Positions 38,911 to 53,327 of a stretch of 64,000 nucleotides of DNA are shown in pieces. Source of the DNA: Tubiluchus corallicola. Lineage: Eukaryota > Animalia > Priapulida. The stretch lies in NCBI GenBank assembly GCA_030141605.1, contig JAQGDQ010000093.1:434001-498000 (forward strand). The letters are read 5' to 3'. The position numbers and the translations under genes were made by a program. Positions within the stretch are counted from its first letter, which is position 1; every line of letters begins with the position of its first letter. The notes beneath the pieces are model-generated. The model did no database searches. It had not been told where the DNA came from and saw only the letters and a list, made by a program, of their open reading frames with translations.

Positions 38911-39452
38911 CAGTAAATTACCCATAACTCAAATTCAACTTTGAGCTAGGCGATGTTGACCATTTTCCAGCGTAGAAACTTTAAACCCCTCCTCCAGACA
39001 GAAGCTATATAGAAGGCAGTAAGTTAACCTTTCTATACATAAATGACGACATTTGATGACAATTACATAAAGAATAACAATTTATGTAGTGAAGCAATTT
39101 TTTGTGTTACAAAAGGACATGTACACAACACTGTTAAACAGTATGACAGTGGGGCTACCAATGTCTTCGTACTGCAGTTCAGTTTGTGCAGAGAAAATAA
39201 TCTGGGGGGGGGGGTGACTTGTAAGTCATCAGTTTTTTTCGGAAGACTATTGTTTTTTGAGTTGTACGAAGCTTTATTTTTCTGGAGTAAAAATTACTTT
39301 TTTGAGTTAGGCAGAGTAAGTACATGTATTTTGATTAAATGGATAATAATTTTTTACTTGAGTTAAGCGAAATTTGGGAAAAAACGAAAGATTTCATCCG
39401 TTCTCCTAAAATTCTTCGAGTTATGCGATTTTGAGTTACGAGTAGTTTACTG
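38911..39452. mobile_element. Tc1/mariner-pogo-like MITE
   Basis: ta|cagtaaattacccataactcaaa ... tttgagttacgagtagtttactg|ta. Confidence 0.8.
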
Positions 39453-39635
39453 TAGAAATATAACAGAATACGAGTGTTTAAATATCATATATATTTTGCA
39501 CCAGTGTCTGTGGTTTGGCAGTTTGTGTTTTAAAGTGAAATTGCGTGATGAAATATTGAAAATTGTGTGATATTTAAGTGGCGCAAACTGCATGTGCTAT
39601 ATGGTGTTAATATTTGCTCACTGTGCTGTTAAAAT

Positions 39636-40023
39636 CAGTGGCGGCTCTTGTACTGTGGAACTGCAGCATCCCCTACTTTCACTCAATATTATGGAACCAG
39701 AGCACATGGAGGTAGTATTTCTTGCGGCCATGCGCAGATGTCTGAGCCTAGGTAGGGAAAGTACTGTCACTCACACAGTTTGTTGTCGGTTCTCGCGTGT
39801 TTACCGTAAATGGATCAAGTTTGAACTGCGACAATTTTGGCTATTAGTAAGCAAAAAATATTTTTGGTTGGGATTTTATCAAGTTTTTGTAATAAACTGT
39901 CTTGTTTGTTTAAAATTACAACATTAAATTACATACGTTTGTTTCGTTTTACACAGTATTAAAACAATGGCTGAAGATTTTCTGAAGCAGCACCCCCATA
40001 ATTTTAGCTACGAGCCGCCACTG
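39636..40023 (+). mobile_element. hAT-like MITE (family C)
   Basis: CAGTGGCGGCTC...GAGCCGCCACTG, 8-bp TSD gttaaaat/gttgaaat. Confidence 0.9.
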
Positions 40024-43000
40024 GTTGAAATCCTTAATTGAACTTGGACAGGGTGAATCATGACAATGAAATTGAAGATGTTCACAATAAAGGAAAAGTC
40101 ACATTTTTGAGTGCAGTTTGAATGCACTTCAAAGTGTAAGAAAACTATAAACTTTGTAACTACTTGTATCGTCTGTTTTTGTGGGAAATCTACGATAAGC
40201 CTGTAAAAAAGTTTATTTTGTGACTAAACTATAAAAATCATGTAATTTACTAAATTTAGCGAAATCGTTTATATGAAAAATAAAAAATAGCTTTACAGAT
40301 AAATTTTTGCATTTGTTGTGTTCACTTTCGTCTTATTTAGAAGTGAGGAAACAGCTAACGAGTTAAAATCGTACGACAATCGTAAACAAAAATGTACACA
40401 CAATGTTGACTGATTTATAATGTAAATATATATTAACGAGAAATAAATTTGTACAAATAAAGAATTTTTAAATGAAATTTACACAATATATATTGACAAG
40501 TGATAACAATTTGAATCATGGGACAGATTTTCTTAAAGCAAACTAGTATATTATAATTCAGCAGAATTAATTAGTTACTAAATAAACTTGCAAGTCTTTG
40601 CAGTAAATCAATTACAGAAAATGTGATTAATCATAGTAATATATCAGTATATTTCATTTACATGTACTGCACACAATTTTCAGTGAATCCCATGGTTTGG
40701 GGTCACCAAAGGTCAAGGTCAGAGATCTTAAAACAATGACTATAATTTCACACTCACTAAATTGAAAAATAATTGATTTTCGATGAATTTATTAATGTAA
40801 ATATGCAATAAATGTTAGGTTATATTTAACGCAACATATGGCACCATATGTCTATTTATTTGGTAGCTCTATCATCATACAGCAACCATTATATAACTGC
40901 CTTACAACTATTGCAGACCACATAAAGTGAGATGAACTGCACTGAGAATGAACTAAATAATTATCTAACTACAGTGAGTCTAACTTCTCAACTAAAAATA
41001 TTATAACTAGATAGAATACAAATAAATATACAGGTCTATCTATAAGCTCATTTTGGTAAAAGTATAAAACATTATATAATTAGATTTTTTTAGTACCAGT
41101 ATAACTGTCTAAGATACTATACAAACAAGAAAGTAACATTTCGGGCATCTAAATTCAGACCAGGCCGAATAATTATTACAAGGAGAGAAGCCATTTTTAC
41201 AGTTTTTCAGTAAAATTCACTCATAGGTGGCACGATTATGCATAACTGCACTTAATTGCAGTCTGCTGTCATCTTTTTGCAAGGAAATACATTACTATAA
41301 GTTTTTTTGCAAGCGAAAGTAACCTCATCTGTTTTCATGCAAAGGTACAAAAGAGGGTACAAGAGTGTAAAATATGACATTCTGTGTCACACAGAGAAAA
41401 GGCATAAGGAGTAAGCCATAAGGTGTCTTCCATCTTTCAAAAGGCATATATCATAATCCGAGGCATGCTGCTTACTCTGTGTAAATAGTAAGGTGTTTTG
41501 GCATAATCCGTTTCGGCGATGCACTAATCTAACTGCAGTATTAGTGAAATGTGGTGCCTAAAATTGCTTTTTAATGTTTATAAGATGATTCTGTTATGAA
41601 TTCTTATAATACAAACAAATTATAAACTATAAAAACTGCAAACCTGCTAACTGCCACATTAGAGATGACAACACCTTATGGCTAATGAAATTAAAGGCCA
41701 AATTCATTTCGCAATACGGTACCTTAGGAACCACTCAAAACGGCTTGCGAGGAGCCTGCATCTACTGGTTAGCATATGTTCATTTTTCATGGGGTGGGCT
41801 TTTTCTCTTCAAAGCTTACATCTTACAGATTATGATCAGCTCTATCGTTTAAATTTTACAAACAATTATCTGTTTGCACGTGTAAGTTTTAGTTTTGAGA
41901 CAAACACTACATTCTTTCCGTGTAAACAAAACACAAGACAGTCCAGATGTTAGGAAATTTCAAATCACATCTAAATTCATTGAATGCCTCGCTGTTTCGA
42001 ACATCAGGTAACATTCGGAGGTTCTAGAGAGCTGTCAAGTTCAGTGCAAGATTTACTGCACGTATTTGTGAGTTTACATCTCTACTTTGCCCTCGGGTAC
42101 AGATACCAGTTCTAAGTTAATTACTTTTTACATTTTATCCAGGCCTCTGTCAGTAGCAACGTATCTTACAAAGAACATTGGAAGGGAAATCGTTGAAATG
42201 TGAACATAGTGAGAATACATGTAGACTTGTCCATTATATTATGTACTAAACTAAACAGTGTACACTTTAACTGTATGTTTTGCTATAAAGCTTTAAAAAC
42301 TATTGTAAATATTTTAAAAATTTTTAGCTTGTTTACAGCGGGCCTATCAGTGATGTTTTTCTGCTAAAGTCAATGTGTTTAGCAATATTTACTATTATTT
42401 GTTGTATGCAGTATTGCTGCTAAATTTAACAGTGTCTGTCACATGCATGAATGGAATTCTGGCTGATGCATTAATCATTCATTGAAATAATAACATGTTT
42501 TATCAAACTGAACGCATAATTGACAAAGTATTTGATCTCTTGTATTCAAGGTAAGAAATGGAAAACGTTCATTATCTGTCGAAATCATGAAATGTCCGTT
42601 AAATCCTCCGAAAGCATACTACTGGACATGCTCAATGTGGGAAATCTTTTGTACTTTGCACTAGCTGTCCGTCACTGTGAAATATTCACAGAAGTGATAC
42701 AATGTCAAGAGTGAAATGCCAATCACTACAGGCCAGACATAATGGACTCCCTAATATACAGCATAAAACATATTAATATTACATAAGAGGCAAAACTCTC
42801 TAAATAAACTAATTTAATAAAATTAATTTACAGACACAAACACTTTTTTCTGAACACCTCTTATTTCCTCGCCATAACGCACTAACCAAACTAAATAACA
42901 AGCCAATTCTACAATATAATCTATAAAATCCTTCACTACTGTTTCTTATAATCTGTTAACTCCAACATCATTCTATAAACTCTAGTCACGCTAACAATTC

Positions 43001-43293
43001 TCACGAATCTTCCTTGTCTATTCTGCAATGGATAATATTTACAAACATTTCCACAGCACCGATATTTAGGAATTTTGTAGCTTCAAAAGCGCGATATCGA
43101 AAAGCCCTAATCGCACAGCGCGACACATCAGCGGTATCGTTCTTTTTTTTTAAAAAAATACTCTCACAAGTACAGAAAAATCATATATATTAAAGACATT
43201 AAAGATTGCATCCAGTGCCATAGAATCTCTTTGCCAATTTTCAAAGCAATATATTACACATAACATGGCCTCTTAAGCAATTAAAAGGTAATT

Positions 43294-43554
43294 TCAATCA
43301 TCCGGTACCATACGAGCAGTAGCCTCACCAGATGGTTCGCCAGGCTCGGTTACCTCCGGTTTCTCGTTCGGATAATACTGCTTTAATCGTATGTGCCAGG
43401 CAATGCTAGTGACGGCACTTATCGTGCGGAATTGATGTATGATGTTACGCGGAATGAAATAGATGCAATTGTCATGGAGCTTCACTCGGGCATAGCGGAT
43501 CCCGTTCTCCCGCCGGAGTTGGTTCAGCTTTGCATCTTCCACCCATTGAATGCA
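43294..43554 (-). CDS. RSBN1: RSBN1-like gene, terminal coding exon
   Basis: [60 protein letters not shown] matches the RSBN1/RSBN1L/DPY-21 C-terminal dioxygenase region. Confidence 0.93.
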   Translation of the reverse strand, partial: CIQWVEDAKLNQLRRENGIRYARVKLHDNCIYFIPRNIIHQFRTISAVTSIAWHIRLKQYYPNEKPEVTEPGEPSGEATARMVPDD

Positions 43555-44814
43555 CTGCAAAAATATTCAAAACTTTTACTATTCAGACACAAGATGGGGA
43601 AGCAGAACATATTGAAATTTGAGCTGTAGAAAAACTGGTTTCCAGATTTAACGTTTAACAATGTTTCGTGTGAATTACGGTGAACGGTCAGACACACATT
43701 CAACTCTAGTGAGTGATCTCCAAACTGAAGTTGTTTGCAAGGAGGTGGCACACGTGTAACTGTAATCAAATGAATTCTGTCAAACAAATGAGAGTTATAG
43801 TAACAATGGAGCTGATGCCAGAGTTGTTCGTTTTGGTTAAACAAAATGGGAAATTACACTCTGTGATTATTTTTGAGGCCATGTTAACAGGAAAGTTTAC
43901 ACAACAAAACCAAATCCATTTAAGAATAACAGACAATAATAATTAGAAATAACTAGGATTAGACGTTTAACTTCAGATGCTTTTTACCACCAGGCCATAG
44001 ATGATTTATTTACAAATCTCTGCACATTTTCTCAGCTTTTAACATTAATGTTGTAACAAATGAACTTGTACGTTTGTTCCTGCACGGGAACCATACCTTA
44101 GATAATTCTGTGAACATTCAAATTTTTGTTTTAGTGCAGTCTTTTATTTCAAACACAAAGCGCTTTAAATAGTATTAGCTTTGTTACTCTTGTTACCTAG
44201 TAATGTTCATGTTTATTGCAACATTTCTTACACATAGTGGGCATCATTGTTCAGCCTCTGTCTAGCATTTTGCTCCCACTAAGGGAGAACATAGATCAGT
44301 TGTAAAACTGTCTATTTCAAACCTAGTCATATGTTACATCTTCAATAAACTTTATGTTTAAACCAACTTCAAACGCTGGCGTTAGAACAAGATGTTGGTT
44401 TTGAAAAAATGGTACACATTTAGAACTTTACACCAATTCAGTAGTTCTTTGAGATTTCGATCTAATTTCAATGAAAGAATTTTGAAAAGCTTTGGTTTAT
44501 CTGTATCTATTTTCAAACGTTCTGTTTTGTTTGTTTAAAAAATTGTAAAGTGTAGAGCGACATTTGAGATACCCTGTATATTGTAACGCTGACAATGCTC
44601 TATTGTTGTTATCAATTCCTGTTAGAAGAGATTCACAATTATACAGTAACGCATTCATCTATATGCACCAGTGAACTCCCTATAACTGTTTGTGCTGTGT
44701 TAGGATCAAACTCTAAACATGGTACCCTCTCACGCCCACAGATATTCCTCTCCACACTGCTACATGTATTCATGAAGTTAAGACTTAATGGGGAGATTAT
44801 TTTTGGGAACTTAC

Positions 44815-44923
44815 CTGCGATACAGGAGGTTCGTGTAAATCAAGCTGAAGTTTCTCTGTTACCTCGTCAAAATCGGCTGCATGAAAACATATCACATCCT
44901 TCGCTGCTCTATTGCAAGTATAC
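44815..44923 (-). CDS. RSBN1: RSBN1-like exon
   Basis: [36 protein letters not shown], phase 2/0, canonical sites. Not in the ORF track. Confidence 0.92.
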
Positions 44924-44941
44924 CTGGAAATTTCAAGCACA

Positions 44942-45199
44942 ACTTCAACTCACTTCTGACACACAGTTTTTTAATTGGCCGACCAGTGGCCCCGAATTGA
45001 GCGAGTGACTTTTACATAAAGGCACTACTTCAACTCACTTCTGACAAACAGTCTTTTAATTGGCCGACCAGTGGTCCCGAATTGAGCGAGTGACTTTTAC
45101 ATAAAGGCACTACTTCAACTCACTTCTGACAAACAGTCTTTTAATTGGCCGACCAGTGGCCCCGAACTGAGCGAGTGATTATTACCTAAGTGCATTACT
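44942..45199. repeat. 85-bp tandem repeat, 3 copies
   Basis: Units start at 44942, 45027 and 45112 (acttcaactcacttctgaca...ttggccgaccagtgg.cccgaa.tgagcgagtga). Confidence 0.95.
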
Positions 45200-46223
45200 T
45201 TTGGCCACATGAGATGTGAATAAACAGGGTTGCACAAATCCCTCAGTCTTAGGAACTAGTTCCACTCCCAGCTCCTAGTTCTCTGGCAAAAAAGGAACTA
45301 ATTCCATTTTGCTAAGACAGAAGAAACCAATCCATACTCCTAGTTCTTCCCCCTTTTTAAAACGAAGCAAGTTCCAAGTTCTATTTTGTTAAGGTGAACT
45401 AAATGCAAGTTCAAAGTACAGACGAACCTCGTTATACCCCCCCCCCCCCCCCCCCCGCTATAATGCCAGCCAAGATAAAGTAAATGAATTGCTGCTGAAA
45501 AACAGCAGATGTGTTATAAAAACAATGACTTCTGAACAGAAAAACAATTATGGTGTTTAAATTAAGATTTACATCTTGTTGCAAGTGACTGTATCAAAGC
45601 GAATATTGAAGTTTTGAGCAAGGAACATACATTTTAAGAATACAAGAGTTGCGTAGCTATGCTTCAGTACTGAATTAACTGATGTGAATTTAATAGCTGT
45701 AAAAGCTGTTTGCCCCAAGGTCAAATTATATGCTGCAGCTATTTATAGTCTTACTTATCTAGTAATGTTATGTTGGGAGCATGTGGGTGGGCTGCCTGGT
45801 TGCATATTTCTCTTAACAAGAGACAGTAGTACTTCACAAGATCGCTACTCCACATTGCGTTACCTAAAAGTTAGGCAGCGCGCTGCCATAGAACTACACC
45901 TGCATTAGTTTTATTAATGCAACAAAAATGTACAGTATAACACATGTATTGTTGTAGATATATTAATATTATATTATTTATGACGTATCAAAATTAACTA
46001 GGAAACGAAATAGAGGTTACAGACTGGAGTGGCTTTGATATTTAATGAACCTCGCCTTACCACCAACCCCGCTATAGTGCCATATTTAGTGGTGTCCCAG
46101 ATCTGGCATTATAATGAGATTTGACTGCACCAGAGAGAACTGGTTCAAGCAAATGTGCAGGAAACACGAGAAACTTCCAGTGTAAACTGTGCTTAAATGT
46201 GAATTTTCACAATCGAAACTTAC

Positions 46224-46388
46224 GGTTGATTGCAGTGCACTGCTTTGAGCAGACCCACAGCCGCAGTGGTCAAGCGGTCGAATCCGGCCCCAACGTGATC
46301 AGCGTGGAACGGGGTGCGGTCCTCGATAAGCTGCTCCCGTGGTTCGCTCACCCTTGTCATCAGCGCCAGATTTCGTAACTCGCTCATT
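46224..46388 (-). CDS. RSBN1: RSBN1-like exon with HxD metal-binding motif
   Basis: MSELRNL...SEPREQLIEDRTPFHADHVGAGFDRLTTAAVGLLKAVHC, phase 2/2. Confidence 0.93.
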
Positions 46389-46747
46389 CTAAGTAAAGAG
46401 TTAATATGCTTAGCATTTATCAACAGCTTCATCTAGTGTTTTTATAAAGCCTGTAAACATTAACTCAGGTGTAAAGCGATATGTATCGTACCATAAGGTT
46501 AGTATCACTCTGAAATGTATTGTATTGTGACCTAGGCATATCGTTACAGCTCTAGAATTTACCTGTAAAGAATGCAAGTTCATGCAACTGCAGTAGACAT
46601 GATTTATTGATCAATATTCACCTCCTGTATGCAGTAAATGACCAAATATTTTTAGTAAAAAGTAGGACAGCTGAATTCGGAAAAATGCACTTTAATGTAC
46701 AATTTTAGATGAATCTGAAACTTTATACCAAGTATGTCAGTCAACAC

Positions 46748-47236
46748 CAGGGTTCTCACAGAATTTTAAAGTAAATTTCTCCGACTTTTCCCTGGCCAAA
46801 TATTGATTTTCTATGACCAAAATAAGCAGAAATTGTATTATCAGTATACATATTCAATATATATATATATATATATTCAATTTTGTATATGGACATTCAT
46901 ACACATACTGATATATAATGCATCGGCACGGTTGCAGTAGTGCTAACGAAATTACACTAACCACATTAAATAAACTTTCTTAATCCCACCCTTTATTTTT
47001 GGAACAGAAATCGAAACTGGGAGCCTGTCACAGCAAAATTTTATTTGAACACGAATCGTTGAAAAATACCAGTTCGCTGTGATTATTTTTGCAACCCTTT
47101 TCAATTTCCCTTACTTTTTGCTCCATTTTCATCATTTTCCCTGACTTTTTGCCAAATTATCTTTTTCCCTGACTTTTCCTTGACTTTCCAGGATAACTTG
47201 TATTTTCAAGAATTTTCCCTGAAAGTGGGTACCCTG
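46748..47236. mobile_element. Family D MITE, 6-bp TSD
   Basis: caacac|cagggttctcac ... gtgggtaccctg|caacac. Confidence 0.9.
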
Positions 47237-47305
47237 CAACACACTCGACTAAACAAAATAACCCCTGGCAAGCTTAACCCTGTACATAAACAACTTGCTA
47301 TCTAC

Positions 47306-47502
47306 CTGCGTTTCTTGTGTGGAGATTTCTTCGTATCGATTGGTATCACTTGTTCACCGGGTCTGACCCATAATATGGGCCCATCGTTGCTCAGTTTCGG
47401 ACTCTGTCCTTCCAAGATGGACATACGACCCCAAGGCATGACGGCCTTCAAGAACCGACATTCTTCCAGCATGGCCAGAAACTCCGGGTAATAACCGCCC
47501 AC
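47306..47502 (-). CDS. RSBN1: RSBN1-like exon
   Basis: VGGYYPEFLAMLEE...MPWG...SNDGPILWVRPGEQVIP, phase 0/2. Confidence 0.93.
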
Positions 47503-48127
47503 CTGTAAGCCAAAATATTCATTAGGAAGTGAAGAGAACAGTTACGTACAATAGAAAATCTAATGAAATCAGCACAAATAGGAAAAAATATCTATAAACT
47601 TTCGCTGCCTATAAAACTTTGTTGTCAGTAGTTTCACACTTAACATTACATTAGAAATTTACAGGATGGCAATTGCCTAAAGAGAAAAAGTATGCAGTCC
47701 AATTTAACAGCTGCTACTACAAAGTGAGCTTTAGTGTCCCGACACTTTGTACAGTGTTTTGCACCTTTCGTTCCTTAGTTGTGACAACTAGATTTCAAAT
47801 TTGGTGAACTCATCCTTTCTCTGTTTAGACTTCCTGTAAATTTTTGATGCAGTTCAATTTCTAAAATTTGAAAAGCTCGACGTACAGTTCGTAAAAATGA
47901 TCCTCACCCACCTTGGTGCAAAAATTACCCGACTTAACTGAAAACCAACAATTATTTTCAAGTTCACGCAGGCTCATAAAAAATTTCTTTTTTCCAGAAG
48001 TTCAGCTGGTAACAAATGAGATTGTGTCTTATGCCATACAGAGCAGAATTCGTAACAAAAAACCATCTGTGGGCAGCAAACATTTAACATAATGCAGCAC
48101 ATTTAGAATGTACAGCATTTAGCTTAC

Positions 48128-51100
48128 CTCCTCTTGAACAGTGCCGACGACACTCAGCTGACACAACGGTCCACAACGGAACGTCCCTGCAGCGTATGTC
48201 TGATGGACCATCTGTCTCCATTCCCACATGCTCATCGTGTGAATCTCTGGCGAGCCCAAAGACCCAATCTTGACTGACAGCTGAGGATACAGGAGTGCAA
48301 AATGTTCCACTAGATCTGGCAGGTAGGCGGCAGCACCATGCACAATACCAAGGACATGATCAGCAGCGCCATCTGTCTCGTTCCAAACCACTTTGAAGTA
48401 TTCGTCTACAAATTCTTCAAGTTCAGAATCGCCGAGAGAAGAAAGTTCGCTGAGGTAAGAATGCACTATAGTGGCGCCACCGTTGGGGTCAACCTCGATG
48501 TGCAGGAGGCGCTGATATTTCAACTTTACAGCTTTCAGAAATAACCAGGGACTTGGAGTGAGAAATTGCTGAGCAATGCCCTCGTAGAGTATCCGGAAAC
48601 TCGAATCTGTGAAGTTGCAAAAGCCATGAAGTTGAACGCCGTGAGAAATATCTAGTGCACCGGAACTATCCCGCTTCGTCTGAGTACCCCGATTGTACCG
48701 CTTGTACTTCTTCATGTCGTGCTTCTGCGTAGCATGACCACCAGTTTCTGATTTGACCTGATTAGTTAATCTTGCTGAATGCTGAGTTGAAATATGGTTA
48801 CAATCAACTTTTGATTGTTTGACGGGCGGATGCAGAGAACGTTGAGCGACATCAGGCATTTTTCGCTTGTTCTGACTGGGTTCAATTTTTACTTGCACCA
48901 CGTCGGAAAATGTTACAGAGACATGCTTGTCACTAGATGACAGTTTTGAAGCTTGCTGTTTCCGTTCTGCCGATTCATCGTGATAAGTGATGCGAGAATC
49001 GTCAGTTTTCCTGTCAAAATCGGACCTTGGTCTTGATCCAGCAACTTTCAGAAAAATGTTGCTGCTCTTCTCAGTGCAGAGATCATTAGCCAATCGCTCT
49101 TCTGATTTTGAGGAACTTCTTTCGGCAAGCTGGGCGTCCTTTTTCACACTGGACTTCTGGGGCGCCTCCCCTTGCGGTTCCTGTGCGGGTTGCTCCTGCT
49201 GCAATTTATCTCTTGCATCCTTATAATTCACATATTGCTTCTGCACTGATGGTTTTGCCAAAGCAACTTTCAAATCACGTTTTATCAAAGCCTTACTCTG
49301 CGCATCCAAAGATCTTCTGTGTTTTTTGCGATCTGCTGTATTATCAGATTCAGCTTCGCCTTGAGTTTTTACAGGAGTGGAATTTTGAGACCGTGATGGT
49401 CTCTTTTCCTTTGACCGATGATGTTTAGAAGTATCTTTCTCTGGTGTACAAGATCTAGATCGATGTTTTTTGTTTGTGTGTGACGGCAAGTGCTGCTCTT
49501 TTTTGATCAGTGAAGTAGGACGCACCTTTTCCGTTGGCTGAGTCAAAGGCTTTTCCTTATTGCCTTTGTTTACAAATGCCGATTCTCGAACTTCATTTGT
49601 GATGAGCTTGTTTTCATGTAACAAGACCTCAGATGCGGCTAAAATGACTTGAGCATTCCCTGCGCCACTTTCTTCCGAAATTTTCCTAGGCACGGATTCA
49701 GAATTAACAGCGACTTTTGGCTCCCTACAAGAAAGCTGTTTGACAGGGTGCAAACTTGACTCCCTTGCTCCTTCCTTTTCTACACTGGCAGGACCAGGAT
49801 TTCCATGCACTTTTTTGCCAACTTTATCGTCCACTGACATGACATTACTTGCTGTAGATGGCATTGCTGGCTGGTGGTCAGGACTATGTAGATAATCATA
49901 GACTTCCAAAGTACTTCCAGAACGAACTGGCATACGGATTTTTTTCACAGGTAAAACAGAAGTGGAACTTTCGGTGCTTTGCACGGAAGATTCTGAAATG
50001 TGACAGATGTTCCCTTGTGTTTCATTATTTATATCAACTGGCGGTGTTTGTTGTTCAGCAATTGGCAATTTGTCACCATGATTAGGTACTTCAATTTCTT
50101 TTTGGCTTTTTGCTGCTGGAAATAAACATGGATCTTGAACACTTGTTAAAGGAATATTAATTTCTTTTTTTATGACTGCTTGTGGTTTTATTGTTTGTGT
50201 AGTAGCAGAAACACTAGTACTCCTGCTAAACGTCGAGATAACTGCTGCTTTAGGGACGGCAACTTGCAGACAAGGATAATCACTTTTAGATTTTGCATCA
50301 GGTACCTTAGACTTTAAATCTTCATTTACGTTGATGCCCATTTCCATTTTATATGCAAGAATTTCCTTTTGGCTATTTATGTTTGCTTTATCACTGTCTG
50401 TACTGCCAGGAACCGTTGCTGCTTTCTTAGTTGATGCCTGAGGTATATGTGGGTTTCCAACATTTGTGCATGTATTTGGCTTCAAGGTATTACTCTGTAC
50501 ATTAGAAACGGTTTCAACTGACTTTCCAAAATAATATTTCGTGCCTTCTTGTTTTCTGCATTCTAGTGCAGAATTCTGGCCCTCTGGTGCTAATAAAGGC
50601 TCGTCACTCAAGTCCACTACCTCAATATTAGTTGCATCACTTTTATTTTTATTAACCAACTCACACGGTTTTCGTAAAACACTTCGACTTGACTCTGTTG
50701 CAGGAGCAAGTTGGTCAGTTGGATCCTCCTCCTCCTCTTTATAGAACATGCCTACAATGTTCTCCAGATTTGTTTTATTCAGCGAAGAACCCATGGAGGG
50801 TAGAAATGATTGCCACTGACCACTGCTCAGTGAATTAGGCAATTGAGTGTCCATCTGTATTGCAACTGGAGGTCCATCCTCACGTTCATCCTGTACAGGT
50901 GTGCTGCCCCCACTGGCCAATGTAGCATTTTCTGTGGCCGCTTCTTTAGGTAACACCGAATATATTACCTCAGATGGAACAGCACTAGCAGTACTGGGAA
51001 TAGACAGGTCTACTGCAGCTAAATCTTGTGAAAGAATAGTGTTATGTCCACCTGTGCTTGCCTCTGAAATGCCCAAATCCGAATCTTTTTGTATTACCGG

Positions 51101-53327
51101 TTTGACAGTACTAGAACTGATGTTATTTGTTAACTTATTGGCATTATCGTGAACAGCATCCCGTAATTCAGGTTTAACATACACATCTGTTAGGGGTTCT
51201 TTTGACCTCTGGTCAGAAGGCATGGAAAGCAAAGTATTTTGTGAACCTTTATTAACTTTTTCATTAGCAGCAACTAGAGGGTAAGTGATGATGCTTCTAT
51301 GTGCATCAATATTGTCGTGCAATTTCTGTCCCTGTACAGCTAACCTTTCTATGTCTTGTAATTTACGTCCATTTTCTAATGATGGAGTCACTTCGTGCAA
51401 CTTCCTTTCTGTATCATGTGCAAACAATGTGCTAATTTTACTAGAGTTATTAATATTTTCCAATACTGGAGTTACAAATGTGTCTTGTGTTCCAATGGCT
51501 GGTACATCACCACCACCAATTTCTGTTAAACATTTCTTGCTGCTCTCCTGTATTGGGTCGACGTGAAGATTTTCTGCTAAATTTTGGTAACTCGAGAACC
51601 ACTCACCGCTGTAAGGTTTGGTTAATACTGTCTGCCAATCTGATGTATCGTCACCAGATTCCAAAGTGACAAGGTGCCCGTGAGCCGCATCATTGTCGAA
51701 AGAAACCTTACTGACAATTGTGGTGCTACTGGATTCAATAATTCCATCCCCAGGCTTGTGTAAACTATCATTGCTGGATTCAGTTCTGCCAAATGGACAG
51801 TGTGCTGTAGCAATGCCAGAATCACCAGTTTTGGACACAGATTTGCAAGACATACGAGTAGCAAATTCTTTCTTTTTCGGAAAATGACTGACGGGTATTT
51901 TGTCAGCACATTCCACCCATTTGTTTGAGGATTTACATGCCACAGTACTTATGTATTCAAGCATCTCAATAAGGCACTGTTGTGCAGCGTCATCGAACTC
52001 AGTCCTTTTCATCAACAGTATCTCTGACGTATCTTCCGCGATGTGACCACGTGTCGAGTCAGCACCAAATGTACACATGTGTTCTTCAAGTGGCCCAAGT
52101 AGTTCTCCATTATCACACTCAACCTTTTCAAGCGAGACCCTGCTCATTTGTTGACCACTAGATTCAGTCCTTTCCACTATGTGCTCATGAGATGTGACAA
52201 CAGTGCCAGCAGGATTAGTCTTCACAGCTATCACAGCGGAAGTTTGCATCATATCATTGCTTGGTGTAAAGTACTGTGCCTGCTGAGAGTTACTACTGAC
52301 AAGTTCTGCGACTTGGTTACACAAATCAGCAACAAGTGACTGCAGTTCATCAACGAATGAATATTTATCACTTGAGGCAACAGCACTGGAAAGTTTTCCA
52401 ACAATCACATTTGAGGTTCTGACAGCTTTCGCAGAACCAGCAGCTTCCAGACATTTATCTGCTGTTTCATCCTCTGCTGCCTGGCTACATTTGGTGCTCT
52501 GGAAATATTCCTTTTTATCTGTGCCACTTTTTTGCTTATGAAGTTCACTCGCTTCCTTCTTGACGTGCATATTTTCACTCGTGCCGCTATTTCGCCTACA
52601 GGCCCTTGAAGTTTGAATATCGAAATGTTTAACCGATCGAGCTATGCGCAATTTAACATGTCTGTCTTCTAAACCATCATCTTGTGTGTTAGATAAATCA
52701 CTCGGATTACTAGTATCAGAAAGACCATTCAGTTTTTCTTGCAATGCTTTGAAAGGCTTCGGATACACTTCATTCAAAATATCTGCAACTTCAGAATTGG
52801 GTAACACCGGGTGGGCCATGTTCACCTTCTTTGTAGGTGTAACAGCTGGCTTTTGCATATCTGACTTGTCATGTCCTGATGCATCAACAAAATTTTCACT
52901 TTTCACTCTGGACAGAGCCACTTCTGGAACCTGAGAGAAGAGTTTAATATCGGCCTCTACATTTACTTCTTGCAACACAAACAATTCACAAATTTTGTGC
53001 ACATTGACTTTCGCATGATGCGCATCAGCTCTCTCTTGATTTGAGATTTTATCTTGAGCATCAGGTGCACTTTTCATTTTTTCTTGAGAACCAGATTTGT
53101 GTTTTTCTCGGACGGCTGCTTTTTTGCCATCAGCAATTTTACATATTTCAAAACCATCAACTGTACTTTGATGGCCCTCTTTTTGTTCAGTACCCGATCT
53201 ACGCTTTTCTCGATTAACAATATACGTTTTGTGCTTGTCACTAGGTTTTTCAGAGGTATGAGACGAGTCCTGAATGCCACTTTCTTCTTTTGCCTGGAGA
53301 CTAGTTTCAATGTGCTTCTCGTGAGAA
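48128..53327 (-). CDS. RSBN1: RSBN1-like giant exon (5200 nt)
   Basis: Acceptor ttttttcag at 53328, donor gtaagc at 48127, open throughout, phase 2/0. C-terminal part has conserved HIEVDPNGGATIVHSY, VLGIVHGAAAYLPD and GTFRCGPLCQLSVVGTVQEE. Confidence 0.92.

Noticed and set aside
39043-39927. 107-aa and 111-aa ORFs
   Set aside because: They overlap MITEs and show no protein motifs or splice support.
44942-45199. CRISPR-like array
   Set aside because: Whole 85-bp units repeat with no unique spacers; eukaryotic intron, no cas genes.
48119-53077. Stand-alone 1652-aa single-exon gene
   Set aside because: The frame extends to an acceptor at 53328 and ends at a donor at 48127; the conserved domain continues in four more exons.
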